Shown piece after piece: positions 1 through 13,454 of a DNA stretch of 58,352 nt. The stretch comes from Octopus bimaculoides. Lineage: Eukaryota. The DNA is taken from the NCBI RefSeq assembly GCF_001194135.2, contig NC_068983.1, positions 24,405,068 to 24,463,419 on the forward strand, in the 5' to 3' direction. The notes below the pieces were generated by a model. The model did no database searches. It was not told the DNA's origin and was given only the letters and a program-made list of their open reading frames with translations. Position numbers and translations under genes: made by a program. Position 1 is the first letter of the stretch. The number at the start of each line of letters is the position of its first letter.

Positions 1-47
<47 letters not shown>

Positions 48-160
48 TTGTGTGTCTATATATATGTATGTGTATATATATATATATGTGTATGTATATA
101 TATATATATGTGTATGTATGTGTGTATATATATGTGTTTGTATAGATATATATGTATATA

Positions 161-195
<35 letters not shown>

Positions 196-445
196 GAGTA
201 TAATAGATATATGTGCATATATGAGTATATATAGATATATGTGTATGAATATATGTGTGTATGTATATATATATATATGTGTATATATATATATGTGTGT
301 GTGTGTGTATGTATATATATATATGTGTGTGCATGTTTATATATACATATATGAATGTGAGTGTGTATATATATGTGTGTGTGTGTGTTTATATATTTAT
401 GTGTGTGTGTGTGTATGTATATAGTAAATATGTATTTTTTTATAT
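1..445. repeat. Compound (TA)n/(TG)n microsatellite
   Basis: Direct inspection. Confidence 0.95.
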
Positions 446-692
446 ATCCTACAATGCGTGATTCTTCTCAGTGGTTTTCATTCTGCTGCGTATGTTTTCT
501 TTAAATGATTCTTGTTTCTCTCAGCATTATTCTATGACCTATGGGAGTTCTGTGTTGAAAAGTGTATCCTCATTTGTTAACCTAGGGGAATCTGTTGTGC
601 CCCAGTGGTTAGTGCACTTATGTAAAAGTGTGCATGTGTGCAGTTGTGTGTGTGTAGTTGTTGTGTATGTGTTGTGCATGTATCCATCTTTA

Positions 693-1013
693 AGGAGCTC
701 AGTGGTTAGGACATCGGGCTCACAATCATGAGGTAGTGAGTTTGATTCCAAGACTGGGCTGTGTGTTGTGTTTATTTCACATTACTCCTGTTCACTCAGT
801 TGTAGAAATGATAGATGTGACATCACTGATGCCAATCTGTATCAGTCTTTGCCTTTCCTTTGGATAACTTCGGTGGTGTGGAGAGGGGACGCTGGTATGC
901 ACAGTTGACTGCTGGTCTTCCATAAACAGCCTTGCCCGGACTTGTGCCTCAGAGGGAAACTTTCTAGGTGTAATCCCATAGTCATTCATAACTGAAGGGT
1001 GCTCTTTACTCTT
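693..1013 (+). mobile_element. tRNA-derived SINE family A
   Basis: Head ggagctcagtggttagg..gagtttgattcc; central tttatttcacattactcctgttcactcag shared with family E; distinct tail. Confidence 0.7.
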
Positions 1014-2103
1014 TACATATGTAATGCACGCACATACACACAAATACATACACATTCACTATGATGAACTGAAGGACTCAATACTGCATTGGTAGAGCAT
1101 GAATTATTTACTTGTTCAGTTATTACCTGAAGCTGATAACACTGGTTTCATATAGCTAATGTGTATTGCTAGACATAGTGTTAATCTTCAGTCAATGCCA
1201 GATAACATGGACTTTATGAAGATGTAGGCATTTTAAATATTGGCTAATGAGAACAAATGTCATGCAATGAGCTCTGAAGATGTCATAAACTAAAACAAAA
1301 TAAAAAAGTCAAGAGATGATAAAACACATGGGCAGATGTCACTCATTTCCTTTTGGTTGGGTCGTGAATTGTTTGTCTTTAGCAAGAAATACCTGTTTTT
1401 CCTTCTTGTGTCTGCTCCTGTATGAAGCATTTATGTATGCACATCTGGTTAGGTGCATGTACTAAAGGTTGCATGTTTATGCTGACACTGTTACATTGTA
1501 TCTGCATAGTTAAAGTATGCAGCAAATGCTGGTGGGCACACATCTTATAAGTTCAGTATGTGGGTGAATGCACACTGGGTTCTCTAAAATTGCTTCACAA
1601 CTTTATTTTCACACTAATAATAAATTATTGGAGAAAAAGGGTTGCAAATGTGTTTTTGTATTTGATATAGCATTGAAAATGTGGTTATGAGTAGCCTGTT
1701 CAGGGCTCAGAAGACATTTTAAGGAGTAGTTCTTAGTGTATTGTAATTGGTCTGGTGGAACTTGTGTACCAGTGGGTGATAACATTGTACACCTACACAC
1801 AAACGTATACACAGATGCAGACATGGTTAAGTGGTGAAGTCGTAAGTTCAGTCCCTCTGCATGTCACTTTGTGCAAGTGTTTTGACCATGACTTAAGGTT
1901 GACTCAAGCCTTGTAAGTGAAAGGTGGTAGATGGAAAAAAAGGGTGCAAAGAACTTGTAGGATGGATTGTAGCTCTAGTACAAAAGACCAACCTTGTTAC
2001 ATTTTGTGCCATGCTGATTTGGCTTGGGAATCATGTTGAGGGTACACACGTCTGTGGAATACTCAGCCACAGGTTAATTTAACATGTCACACATTCAGTT
2101 TTA

Positions 2104-2470
2104 TGTGCTGGTGCCACGTAGAAAGCACCGATGCTGGTGCCGTGTGCAAGCACCTGCTCTGGTGCTATATCGAAAGCACCCGTGCTGTTGCTGTGTTAAA
2201 AGCATCCGTGCCTATGCTGTGTAAACGGCACCCGTAGTAGTGTCACATAGAAGATACCCCTGCCAGTGTCAAGTATAAAGCACCCAGTACACTCTGTAAA
2301 GTGGTTGGTGTGAAAACCATGTCATAGAAATAGATCAGTCAAAGAAACCATATCAAAACAGACAGTTGGAGCCTGGGGCAGCTCTCCAGCTAGCCAGCAT
2401 CTGTAAAACCATCCAACCCATGCCAGCTTGGAAAACGAACATTGACTGATGATGATGATGATGATGATGA
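2104..2470 (+). mobile_element. SINE-like family B copy with internal ~26-bp tandem array, (GAT)n tail
   Basis: cacccagtacactctgtaaagtggttgg ... acccatgccagcttggaaaac..(gat)n; shared with 5737, 14833, 20350, 43652, 53105. Confidence 0.8.
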
Positions 2471-2500
2471 ATGCTCGTTGTCAAAGCCAATGTTGAATCC

Positions 2501-2503
<3 letters not shown>

Positions 2504-2596
<93 letters not shown>
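2504..2596. repeat. (CA)n microsatellite
   Basis: Pure CA run of about 90 nt. Confidence 0.95.
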
Positions 2597-2598
<2 letters not shown>

Positions 2599-3026
2599 CC
2601 CACAGATATGTGCATGTACACAGAATCATATTCATATTTGTTATGACCAACTAATAATCAATTAAAGCTTCAGTGTCTGTGAGTTTACGATGCTAGGCTG
2701 CTGCTGCTGCTGCTGACGGACTTACAGTGTTGAAACCTTGTTACAACTGACATTGCTGAAGAGCTGTTGATTAACTAAAAAAAAAAAAAAAAAAAAAAAA
2801 AAAACTGTTTCCATTTTATTCCACAAATTAAACTGGTTGGAAAAAAAAAACATAAGCAAAAAACAAAAACAAAAAAAAGAAACCAATCATATTCCACTCC
2901 TGTTCACAGTTCAGTGGTTAGAACTAGGGAAGAATTGGAATTGGAATAAACAAAACAAAAATACACAAAATGTATAATGCTGCTGTAACCTGCTAGTCTG
3001 TCTCACTTGAGAGAGGAGGAGGGAAT

Positions 3027-3066
<40 letters not shown>

Positions 3067-5098
3067 GGGGAGGGAGAGACAGACAGAGACAGATCAGGGA
3101 AAGGAGAGAGGATAATGTGAATACCATTGCTGGCGGTGGCAGCTGATGATCCGATCAAACCAAGGAAATTCCATTGGTTTTTCTATTACTGATACAGTCT
3201 GTTGATTACNNNNNNNNNNNNNNNNNNNNNNNNNNNNNNNNNNNNNNNNNNNNNNNNNNNNNNNNNNNNNNNNNNNNNNNNNNNNNNNNNNNNNNNNNNN
3301 NNNNNNNNNNNNNNNNNNNNNNNNNNNNNNNNNNNNNNNNNNNNNNNNNNNNNNNNNNNNNNNNNNNNNNNNNNNNNNNNNNNNNNNNNNNNNNNNNNNN
3401 NNNNNNNNNNNNNNNNNNNNNNNNNNNNNNNNNNNNNNNNNNNNNNNNNNNNNNNNNNNNNNNNNNNNNNNNNNNNNNNNNNNNNNNNNNNNNNNNNNNN
3501 NNNNNNNNNNNNNNNNNNNNNNNNNTATATATATATTTATTTATATATATATATATAGATATATATATGTATATATATATATATCTTTCTTTTCTATCTT
3601 TTTATTTGTTTCAGTCATTAGACACCAGCCATGCTGGAGCACTGCTTTGAAAAATCTTTTTTTTTTTAGTCGAATGAATTAATTCCAGTACTTAAATTTT
3701 TACTTATTCTCGTGCAGTTGGGAAGCAAGCTTCTTACCACACATCCATGCCTGCACCTATAACTGGTACAGCTACTGTAAGGCATTGCATTTGATGCTCT
3801 ATGATGATGATGATGATGATGATGATCATCATCATCATCATCACACCAACTTTCCCATGCTTGCATAGGTTTATTGCAAAGTTTTATTGAGGCAAATTGT
3901 CTAAGGCTGGATTCCTTTTCTATTGCCAACCATTACCTGTTACCAAATAAGGTAATATTTCCCTATGGCCAGACATGTTGCTGGAGAATATTGGAAACGA
4001 ATGACACTGCTTGTATGACAGTGACAATCATTTACAGCTGTCACATGATGTCAAAAGCAAGGAGATACAAACACACACCCACTCACATATACACGCAGAT
4101 GCATACACACACACATACATATAAATACATGCAATGGGCTTTTCCCAGTTTCCATCTACCAAATCCATACACCGAGGTTATGTTTTACTCTGTGCTATTG
4201 TAGAAACACTTGTTCAAGGTGCCATGCAGAGGGGCTGAATGCAAAACCATGTGGATAGGAAGTAAACTTCTCAACCACATAACCGTGCTTGTGCTTAGCC
4301 ATGCCTCTAATAGTTATGCCAATTCACTCCTCTGAACCAGTACTTTATTTAATCAATCCAGAAAGGATGAATTCTGAAGTTAACCTTAGTGGGATTTGAA
4401 CTCAGAACGTAGAGTGCCATGAGAAAATGCTGCAAAATATTTATTCTTTCCCATACTCCAACAACTCTGACAACTCGCTAAACCCAATAACGATAATTAA
4501 ATAATTTCTAAACTGGTCCTTAGAGACCTTTATGTATGAGGTATCATTCCCTTCCTTATGTAATGGTTTCAAGCCAGTGAACTGAAGTTTAATTAGTAGT
4601 TATTTAATTAACTTCGCATTAATTAATTAACCAGGTAACCAATTTAAATGACATTTTGCAAATCAGCTCTGCTTTGTCATTGCTGTTTAAACAAATCACA
4701 AGAAACATTGTTCTTTTCATAGGGGGATACAAAGAAGAAACACCTACCTCATCTTTCTCTGTCTCTTGCCTCTATAGCAGTAGCTTCTTCTGTGAATTAA
4801 GTCACGTATCATGTCTGCCCAAGCCCACCTTATCACTACTCATCAGCCTTTTTCCTGCCTCATCTTTCTAAACTCTGTAGTAAACATTTCTCTAAATGAA
4901 AAAAAACAACAAACCATGTCTACTTTTCTTCGCAGCTGCAGATATAGCTGCAGGGTTAAGAAGCTCACTTTGCAACTATATGGTTGCAGGTTCAGTTCTA
5001 CTGTGCAGCACCTTGGGGAAAGTGTTTCTTTTACTACAGCTTCAGCCTGACCAATGCCTTGTGAATGAGTTTCTTAGACAGAAACTATGTGTAAGCCC

Positions 5099-5133
<35 letters not shown>

Positions 5134-5736
5134 NNNNNNNNNNNNNNNNNNNNNNNNNNNNNNNNNNNNNNNNNNNNNNNNNNNNNNNNNNNNNNNNNNN
5201 NNNNNNNNNNNNNNNNNNNNNNNNNNNNNNNNNNNNNNNNNNNNNNNNNNNNNNNNNNNNNNNNNNNNNNNNNNNNNNNNNNNNNNNNNNNNNNNNNNNN
5301 NNNNNNNNNNNNNNNNNNNNNNNNNNNNNNNNNNNNNNNNNNNNNNNNNNNNNNNNNNNNNNNNNNNNNNNNNNNNNNNNNNNNNNNNNNNNNNNNNNNN
5401 NNNNNNNNNNNNNNNNNNNNNNNNNNNNNNNNNNNNNNNNNNNNNNNNNNNNNNNNNNNNNNNNNNNNNNNNNNNNNNNNNNNNNNNNNNNNNNNNNNNN
5501 NNNNNNNNNNNNNNNNNNNNNNNNNNNNNNNNNNNNNNNNNNNNNNNNNNNNNNNNNNNNNNNNNNNNNNNNNNNNNNNNNNNNNNNNNNNNNNNNNNNN
5601 NNNNNNNNNNNNNNNNNNNNNNNNNNNNNNNNNNNNNNNNNNNNNNNNNNNNNNNTATATATATATATATTTATTGTCCCACCCATGCCAGCATGGAAAG
5701 TGGACATTAAACGATGACAATGATAATGATGATATA

Positions 5737-5907
5737 TTCACACTCTGTAAAGTGGTTGGCATTAAGAAGGGCATCCAGCTGTAAAAACCATGCCAAATCA
5801 GACTGGGGTCTGGTGCAGCCCCACAACATGCCAGCCCTGATCATACTGTCCAACTCATGCTAGCATGGACACTGAACGTTAAATAGTGATGATGATGATG
5901 ATGATGA

Positions 5908-5908
<1 letters not shown>
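5737..5908 (+). mobile_element. Family B copy directly after another family B tail (5681-5731)
   Basis: cactctgtaaagtggttggcattaagaagggcatccagctgtaaaaacc ... (gat)n. Confidence 0.75.
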
Positions 5909-5945
<37 letters not shown>

Positions 5946-6404
5946 NNNNNNNNNNNNNNNNNNNNNNNNNNNNNNNNNNNNNNNNNNNNNNNNNNNNNNN
6001 NNNNNNNNNNNNNNNNNNNNNNNNNNNNNNNNNNNNNNNNNNNNNNNNNNNNNNNNNNNNNNNNNNNNNNNNNNNNNNNNNNNNNNNNNNNNNNNNNNNN
6101 NNNNNNNNNNNNNNNNNNNNNNNNNNNNNNNNNNNNNNNNNNNNNNNNNNNNNNNNNNNNNNNNNNNNNNNNNNNNNNNNNNNNNNNNNNNNNNNNNNNN
6201 NNNNNNNNNNNNNNNNNNNNNNNNNCTTCTTTCCCCTAATCCCTCCAATACTTGACTGGTTCTTTATTTTATAAAGCCTGAAAGGATGAAAGGCAAAGCT
6301 GAATACACCAAGATTTGAACTCAGAATGTAAAGAGTAGAAACAAGCACTAACTCTATAAGTCTTCTTTCTTGATGTTGTAAAAACTCTAATAATTGATAA
6401 TCTT

Positions 6405-6632
6405 TTCTACTCTATGCACAAGGCCCAAAATTTTTATTTTTTTTTATTTTGAGGTGGGGGCCAGTTGATTAGGTCGACTCCAGTATACAACTGGCACTTA
6501 ATTTATCAACCCTGATAGGACGAAAGGCAAAGTCAACCTTGGTGGAATTTGAACTCAGAACGTAAAAACAGACTAAATGCTGCTAAGCGTTTCACCCGGC
6601 ATGCTAATGTTTCTGCCAGCTCGCTGCTTTAC
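6405..6632 (-). mobile_element. tRNA-derived SINE family C (other copies ~4335, 6228, 23864, 24790, 32115, 32675, 50170, 52840)
   Basis: Head gcgagctggcagaaacattagc; central gactttgcctttcrtcctt..gataaattaagtaccag, which resembles the Meta/MESC-type SINE core as recalled; (ATT)n tail. Confidence 0.8.
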
Positions 6633-7259
6633 TCTGATAATTGATAATAACAATTTTATTGATTTATTTATTTGCTGAAATACAATGAGCCCTACAGGCA
6701 TTAAATAACAGTTGTTGAAGTAGAACATTAGTAAATTTAATCACACCAATCTGGGAGGGATTGCAAAGTCATGGGTGTTGAATCTACTCTACTCCCACCA
6801 CTGAAAATAAAAGTTCTGTTGATTCCTTTCAAATCACTCTATTCTATTTACATATATTTATCTTTATGCATTTTATATTGCAATCGGTGAACAATAACAT
6901 CGTTACTCATAGATTTGCAATGAATCAATCACTGCTTCACTGCAATTAAGATGGCTTGAGGGACAAGGGAGTGTCTGCAACTCAGTGCTAAACAAATATC
7001 ACAAAAGAATTCATTCAAAGAGTACCATTTTTTTTCTTTTTCCCCAGTTTACTCATTCATGATCCTTCATTGATCTTTCACCAGCATACAGTAGTTAAAG
7101 ATATACACACATATGCACATGCATATACCCCATTATGTTATGTCTTGGGCAAGTGTTGTTTACTACAGCCCTGGGCCAACCAAACCGTTGTGAGTGGATT
7201 TGGTAGATAGAAACTAAAAAAAGCCATTGTGTGTGTGTGTGTGTGTTGCCATCTCCCTA

Positions 7260-7574
7260 TCCCAGGACTTATTCTTTGTAAGCCTAGTACTTATTCTATT
7301 GCTGTCTTTTTGCCGAGCCGCTAAGTTACGGGGACGTAAACACACCAGCATTGGTTGTCAAGCGATGGTGGGGGTACAAAAACAGACACACAAACACACA
7401 TACATATATATATACGATGGGCTTCTTTCAGTTTCCGTCTACCAATTCCACTCACAAGGCTTTGGTCGGCCTGAGGCTATAGTAGAAGACACTTGCCGAA
7501 GGTGCCACGCAGTGGGACTGAACCCAGAACCATGTGGTTGGTAAGCAAGCTACTTACCACACAGCCACTCCTGC
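7260..7574 (-). mobile_element. tRNA-derived SINE family D (CORE-like accttgggcaagtg motif); other copies ~3590, 4125, 4938, 7140, 19075, 19262, 27063, 29865, 34020, 44250, 52975
   Basis: Head gcaggagtggctgtgtggtaagtagc..gggttcagtccc; body ggatttggtagacggaaactgaaagaagccc; tail gtccccgtaacttagc. Confidence 0.85.
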
Positions 7575-7794
7575 GACTGGAGCAGTATGAAATAAAGTGC
7601 CTTACTCAAGCACCCAATGTGCTGTCAGGAATTGAAGTTACAGCCTTATAATTATGAGTTTAGCCATTAGGCCACTTGCCTTCATACATCACACACACAC
7701 ACACACACACACTGAGTAAATGGATTGCCATCAGTTTCAGTNNNNNNNNNNNNNNNNNNNNNNNNNNNNNNNTAGGCCACTTGCCTTCATACAT

Positions 7795-7825
<31 letters not shown>

Positions 7826-9399
7826 AGTAAATGGATTGCCATCAGTTTCAGTGGTCAATATTCAATTGATTGATCAAGTGGACGGCTTGCTCATTGAACT
7901 ATTATGTAAGTGGCTGAGTATACCATTAATACATCTGCCCTTAATGTAATTCCAAGACAGAACAAGTGTAACACAGTGTGGTAAGGCTGGAGACCATTAA
8001 ATAACATGAACAATCTAACCAGTGAACTCTTGTAGTTTCATGTCTATTGAAATTCACTCACAAGGCTTGAGTCAACATGTGGCCTTGCTAAAGACATTTT
8101 TTTCAAAGTGTCGTGCAGCAGGTTTGAACCTGGGATCTTGCAAGTGCAAAGCAGAGCAAACCCCTTAACCGTTTAACTATGCTGTGTCCACACACACACA
8201 TATACAAACACACCCACAAGCTTAAACAGAGCTGCCTTCTGCACAGTTTCCATTTGCCAAATTTCATTCACAAAGTATTGGTCAGCCTGTGGCTAAGTTA
8301 AAAAAAAGAATTGTTCAGGATTCCACAAGCTGGGATTGAACTCAGAACCATGTAGTTGTGAAGTGAACTTGTTAACTGCATAGCTGTGTATGCATCCATG
8401 TGGAAGCTCCTTTTTTTTTTTTGTAAAAATATGAGGACATTGTGTATGTGACTTGTTAACAATTTCAAGCAATGAATCAATGTAGCTAAGCAGTAAAAAT
8501 GTGAAAAATATAGATTTTTTCATTGACGGCCACCACAGTTCTCATAGCAACAGACTCCACAAAATGGTGTCCTTACTCTCTTGACCCATGAACATACACA
8601 GCTCGTATGTTTGGACACTTTGCAAATGACCTCTGAATAGCACTTAGAAATTTTCCAGTTCATAACCCCAGAAAATATTTCCACTTGGTATGAGAAGCTG
8701 ATAAATTTTTACTAAGTGCAAATAAATTCTACAGAACTGTACACATATACATTCACTCACACATACATACCTGCACACACACAGATACACACACATGCAC
8801 ACATATCTATATATACATACACATGTGTATATGTATTCATACACACATGCACACACACACACACACACACACATGCTATTGTGTGTAGTTTACACTCACA
8901 CAACCATACAATACAGTATATTTTAAAGAGAGAGAAATGGTTGTCTATCTAGTAAATAATACTTATTAATACTCCGTAATAACTTTTCTGCTATCAAGCT
9001 GTGCCCTCTTTGTATATTTCACAACTCTAATTCCAACTCAAAGACCTTTTATATTTCTTTACTATCCATTTTGCTTCTCCTCTTCAAAAGTCTTGTACCA
9101 TGAACTTTACTTACAATTCTTCCATAGGTCTCTCCTTTCCAAAGTGCAAATTCTACTCAGGTCAACTTTGCCTTTCGTCCTTTGAGGTTCAATAAAATAA
9201 AGTACCAGTCACATTCTGGTGTCAATGGTATCAACTAACCTGCTGCCCTCAGAAATGCTCAAGCTGACAGAAGTGTTAGAGCACTGGAAAAATGTCTTAA
9301 AGTACCAGTCAACTACTAGGGTCAATATTCTTCTTAGTCTATGCCACATTATTTGTTTGACATTGGCTCCAACTTGAGAGCAAATTTCCTCCAGTTTGT

Positions 9400-9890
9400 G
9401 TGAGATGACATTGCACTTCAACTCTGAAATATCACACAGTCCTCTCTCTCTTGCATAAATTTATGGATATACATCATGTGAATTGGACCACCTGGTTTGA
9501 GTGTCCCCATGGAGTTATAGAAAAATGGTGCAGTGACATGTTGATCTGTTCAACGTAAACAGTGGCCTGTAAATTTTAGCCATCTTTGTTTGATTGTCTG
9601 GGTGACAGGTGGTAAAGATCCATACAGTGATTTGTTTGATATATGACTAGAATAAGAGATGTTAAAAGTCTTGAGCTGTCTAGTTGAGTATATGTGCTGT
9701 CTAATGATTACTATTGGGCCATTGTAAGAGACTAACATTCAGAGCTGTAAAGCAAAACAAATTCTACTGTAGCATGAAGCGGGTGTATTTTTTTGGTCAC
9801 ATGACAGGTTGTGGTGCTTTCCAAGTTATCCATAACTTGTTGGATGCTGACCATGTTATCACTTTATGAATGTAAACATCTGTGTTAGGT
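9400..9890 (-). mobile_element. RTE-clade LINE 3' fragment
   Basis: Frameshifted FHATVEFVLLYSSEC*SLT and FNISYSSHISNKSLYGSLPPVTQTIKQRWLKFTGHCLR, typical of the RTE post-RT region. Confidence 0.75.
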
Positions 9891-12800
9891 TCATGTTGAT
9901 GTTGGTTGATCTCCTCCTCTTAAAATCGCTGGTCTTGTGCCTAAATCAGAAATTGTTATTATTATTTTTGAGAGCAATATGAAATTTTTTGCCCATGCTG
10001 GGCAGATATTTTAAATGGTGATGCTTCAGCATGGTGGTGGCAGCCTTTGAGCTAGAATGCTTTAAAGAATATAAGTTTTGAGAAAATTACATGCCTTCAA
10101 AATAATTTCAAGGTTTTCACATTCCCTGCACAAAAAAGAAACATCCAAAACACATCAATAGCAAGAATAATTATTATTTCCTATAGCTGGATTCCTTTTC
10201 TACCACTAAATAAGCATGTGTCATGCTCAAGAGACACAACACTGTGACTTCAGTAAAATTTGATCTTCTGATTATGGAGTCAATCAAATAGCACGTCATG
10301 AAACCTACAGTCCTTCTACTTCATCTATCATCAGTATATGTGAACATATTCTTGATGGCAATATGATATATTACTTTATTTTGATATGTTATTTAGATAT
10401 ACTTGAGGGTTTCATTTCATTGTTAATAGCTTCTTTACTCCATCATTCTAAATATGTTTGAAAACATATCTTACTGTATGAAGCACACTATTGATTTGAC
10501 ACAGAGGTGAAATTGAATCAAGCATTAAATATGTGAATTTTATGCCTCTTATATCAGATTTTGGTAGGGTGTGGTGGTAGTGGTGATGGTAAAAAAAAAT
10601 GTCTGGAAGTTCACTGATTTTTTTGCAAGAGTAGGGTATAATAGAGCTGGAAATGAAGTGAAATAACTTAACTTTCACCTGAAATTAATAAAAATAAAAA
10701 AAATAAAGTGTAAGAAAGAAGAAAAAACAAAGAGACTGTGAACTTACCTCCTTGAGAGCTTATGTCTGTTCTAAGATATTTACTCATTTCAGATTGCATT
10801 TTCTTGGTTTCTTACCTTCACTTGATATCCTTGAAGTAATTAAGATCTGAAGTGTTGCTCTAATCTTATTTAATGTTATTCTTGACGAAATTATTATTTT
10901 AAAAGTAAAAGTATAACAAACGAAATTTAATTATGCTATTCCTACGCAGTCCAAGATTTCAGAACACTTCTACCATTTCCTTGCTGCTATTATTATCAAA
11001 TATAAATATATTGGGAACCTTTAAGAAGTACAAGTAATGCAAGAACAGATATAAAACAAGATATGGCAAAATTATTTTCCAAATTTAATCATTATTGCTT
11101 TGCTTCCATAGATTAGAATTTAATGGGAGAATGGCACTTGACAATTCCTGAAATGCTTGATGCCTCAATTATATATATGAAAAAAAAAGAGAATTAAGCT
11201 GAGGTGCAAAGAAACTCTATATATGTTAAGAGAGTTTTCTGAAAAGCCTCTACATCTTTTGTTGGACATTACAACAGTCCAGGTAGTGATAATCTTTCAA
11301 TCACAGATATCAAAGCAACAAGCTTACTTCAGCGTGGCTCTTATTTGCCTTATCTCAAAACAATAACATAATGCTGTATTCTTTGGAAATATCAGTGCTA
11401 CAGAATGCTCTGCCACTTATTTTATTGCTACCTGCCATCCACAGTCCTCAGAATCAGCAAGCCATAGCCATAGTTGTCTCCATCCACCCCCATGTCAGTC
11501 CCTGCACTAACCACATTGTTTCTGTGGAATTTTCTTCCTGCTTATGCAACAGTTAGTCATCATGCTCAATGGTTTTGGAAGGTACTGCCCCTTCTGCTGA
11601 GCTTAACTAGTAAAAACAAACAAAAAGGAAGTCTCAAATCAAAAATTATTCTTTAATGAATAGTACAACCGTTGAATGAAAAATACAAGCTTTGGGTGTA
11701 AACCATAGCTCCAGGTTTTGAAATATAGCTCCTGGTATAAAATACTGCTTCTAGCTGAAGACTACAATTTATGATGAATAATACCGTTCTTACATTTTAA
11801 ACTGGATTTGCTTAACAAAATGTCTGTAAGCTATGTCTGACGGAAAAAGCTTGTAACTTTTGGGGTATTTTTTTTTCTAGGAAAGAAGCAGCAGCTTTTG
11901 TTGCTTTGTGTTTTTTGTTTGTGTTTTTTGTTAATGAATTAAAAGTATATATATGAATGTATATATCATGATGATGGTGATGATGATGTAATTTTTTCCC
12001 TGTATATTTTAGCTGTTTTGGATGACATCTTTAATTGAGCAGTAAAATCAGCTTTAATGTTTTATAAATGAGTTTATAAAGAACATTTTGTATATTCATT
12101 GTGTTAAAAATGTGATTTAAAATTATCTTGTTATGTCCAACAATTACAATGTGCATGAAAAAGAAATTAAAAAAAAAGCGATGGTAAAAATAGCTGTTGA
12201 AGTCTTGTAATTTGGTTATGAATAATAGTCTTTGGATAACTCTTGCAGTGAATAGAGTCTAAGAGATTCATATCTACCTTTGAAGTAATGTTTTGAAATT
12301 AGCTTTATGACAGGAACATTCTTTGATTATATAACCAGTAATAATAGGTTCCTGGAAAAGTATATATGACTCTATTTCAAATGAGATTAATACGAACAAA
12401 ACTGGCATATAGAATAATATTTTTCACAGTTAGGTATCAAACCTCTTTGAATTTCTTTTTAAAGCTCTTTAAATTTCTTTTTAGAATACCTATTTTGATT
12501 ATATATGTACATGATGATATAGTAGTCGTATGAAATGAGTGAATGGAAGAACTTCTATGCAGTTGTTTGCCTTACTACAAATAGCAACGAATTTCTTAGA
12601 ATTAACACCCCACTGTCTTTAAAGGGGAAAAGGTATATCAAATGATGTAATCTAAAAAGATGGGATTATTGAAACTGCAATACTGTTTGATTATAAAGCT
12701 ACTTTCTTAAGGTCGACCTGGTGTTAGGCAAAAGCTTTATGCTATAAAATGAAACTACTTTTGTCTATGGAAATTGTATGCCTATATATATGTTGATGCT

Positions 12801-13454
12801 ATGAATTGATAAATATTGGTTTCAAATTTTGGCATTATGCCAACAATTTTTGTGGGGAGGGGATAAGTCAGTTACATTGACCCCTGTAATCACTGGTACT
12901 TACCCAAAAGAGCTGGTTTTCTTCAAAATAACATCCCCCATGATCAAATCTGTTTTGACCCTTTTACTCCAATTTTGTGCCATCTCAATCTCAATGTTCA
13001 GAATTCAAGATTACAACTGATGTTATAATCATTCAAATATTTCATTGGTTGTTTACTTAGAAACCAAGGACATTCTATAGCTGGTTTAGTGTTGCTTTGT
13101 GTATTCATGTCTGTCTGTAATTTTCAATTTGCTATTCAAATGTAGTAAATAAATAAATACCACTTAAACTCTCTACTATTTTAAAAAGCAGAGTGCAATT
13201 TAAAGAATGTAAATTGTTTTCAAGTATCTCTTATCTACATTGCAGCCGGTTGCCTTTTGACTGTCAAAGTCTTACCAAGAAAGAAATATGTAAATTTCAG
13301 ACTAACCATGTAACCTTGTACCAAATACTGCCTCCCCTATGGGATAACTACAAATGATGTAACTCTAGAAAAGAAATAAGCCACTTCAAACATCAGGATA
13401 TCTTACACTACTACAAGACTTCATGTTTATAGGGGAGGTATAACTAAAATGGCT

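Noticed and set aside
22-461. ORFs of CV/YI/HT repeats here and at many other microsatellites, plus long X-filled ORFs
   Set aside because: Artefacts of dinucleotide/trinucleotide repeats and N gaps.
3143-3170. CTGATGA followed by GAAA
   Set aside because: No stem II closing correctly before GAAA and no stem I/III.
4656-4871. ORF containing LFIGGYKEETP, reminiscent of the RRM RNP2 exon
   Set aside because: Lacks the L(S/D)W motif, has no acceptor/donor pair giving the expected short exon, and the rest is not RRM-like.
7668-7852. Direct duplication flanking a 31-N gap
   Set aside because: Identical apart from CA repeat length; typical unmerged contig overlap or allele artefact.
11771-11840. 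ATGATGA..CTGA spaced like a C/D snoRNA
   Set aside because: No terminal stem, no clear C'/D' boxes, no recognised rRNA guide; common by chance in AT-rich DNA. snoscan would settle it.
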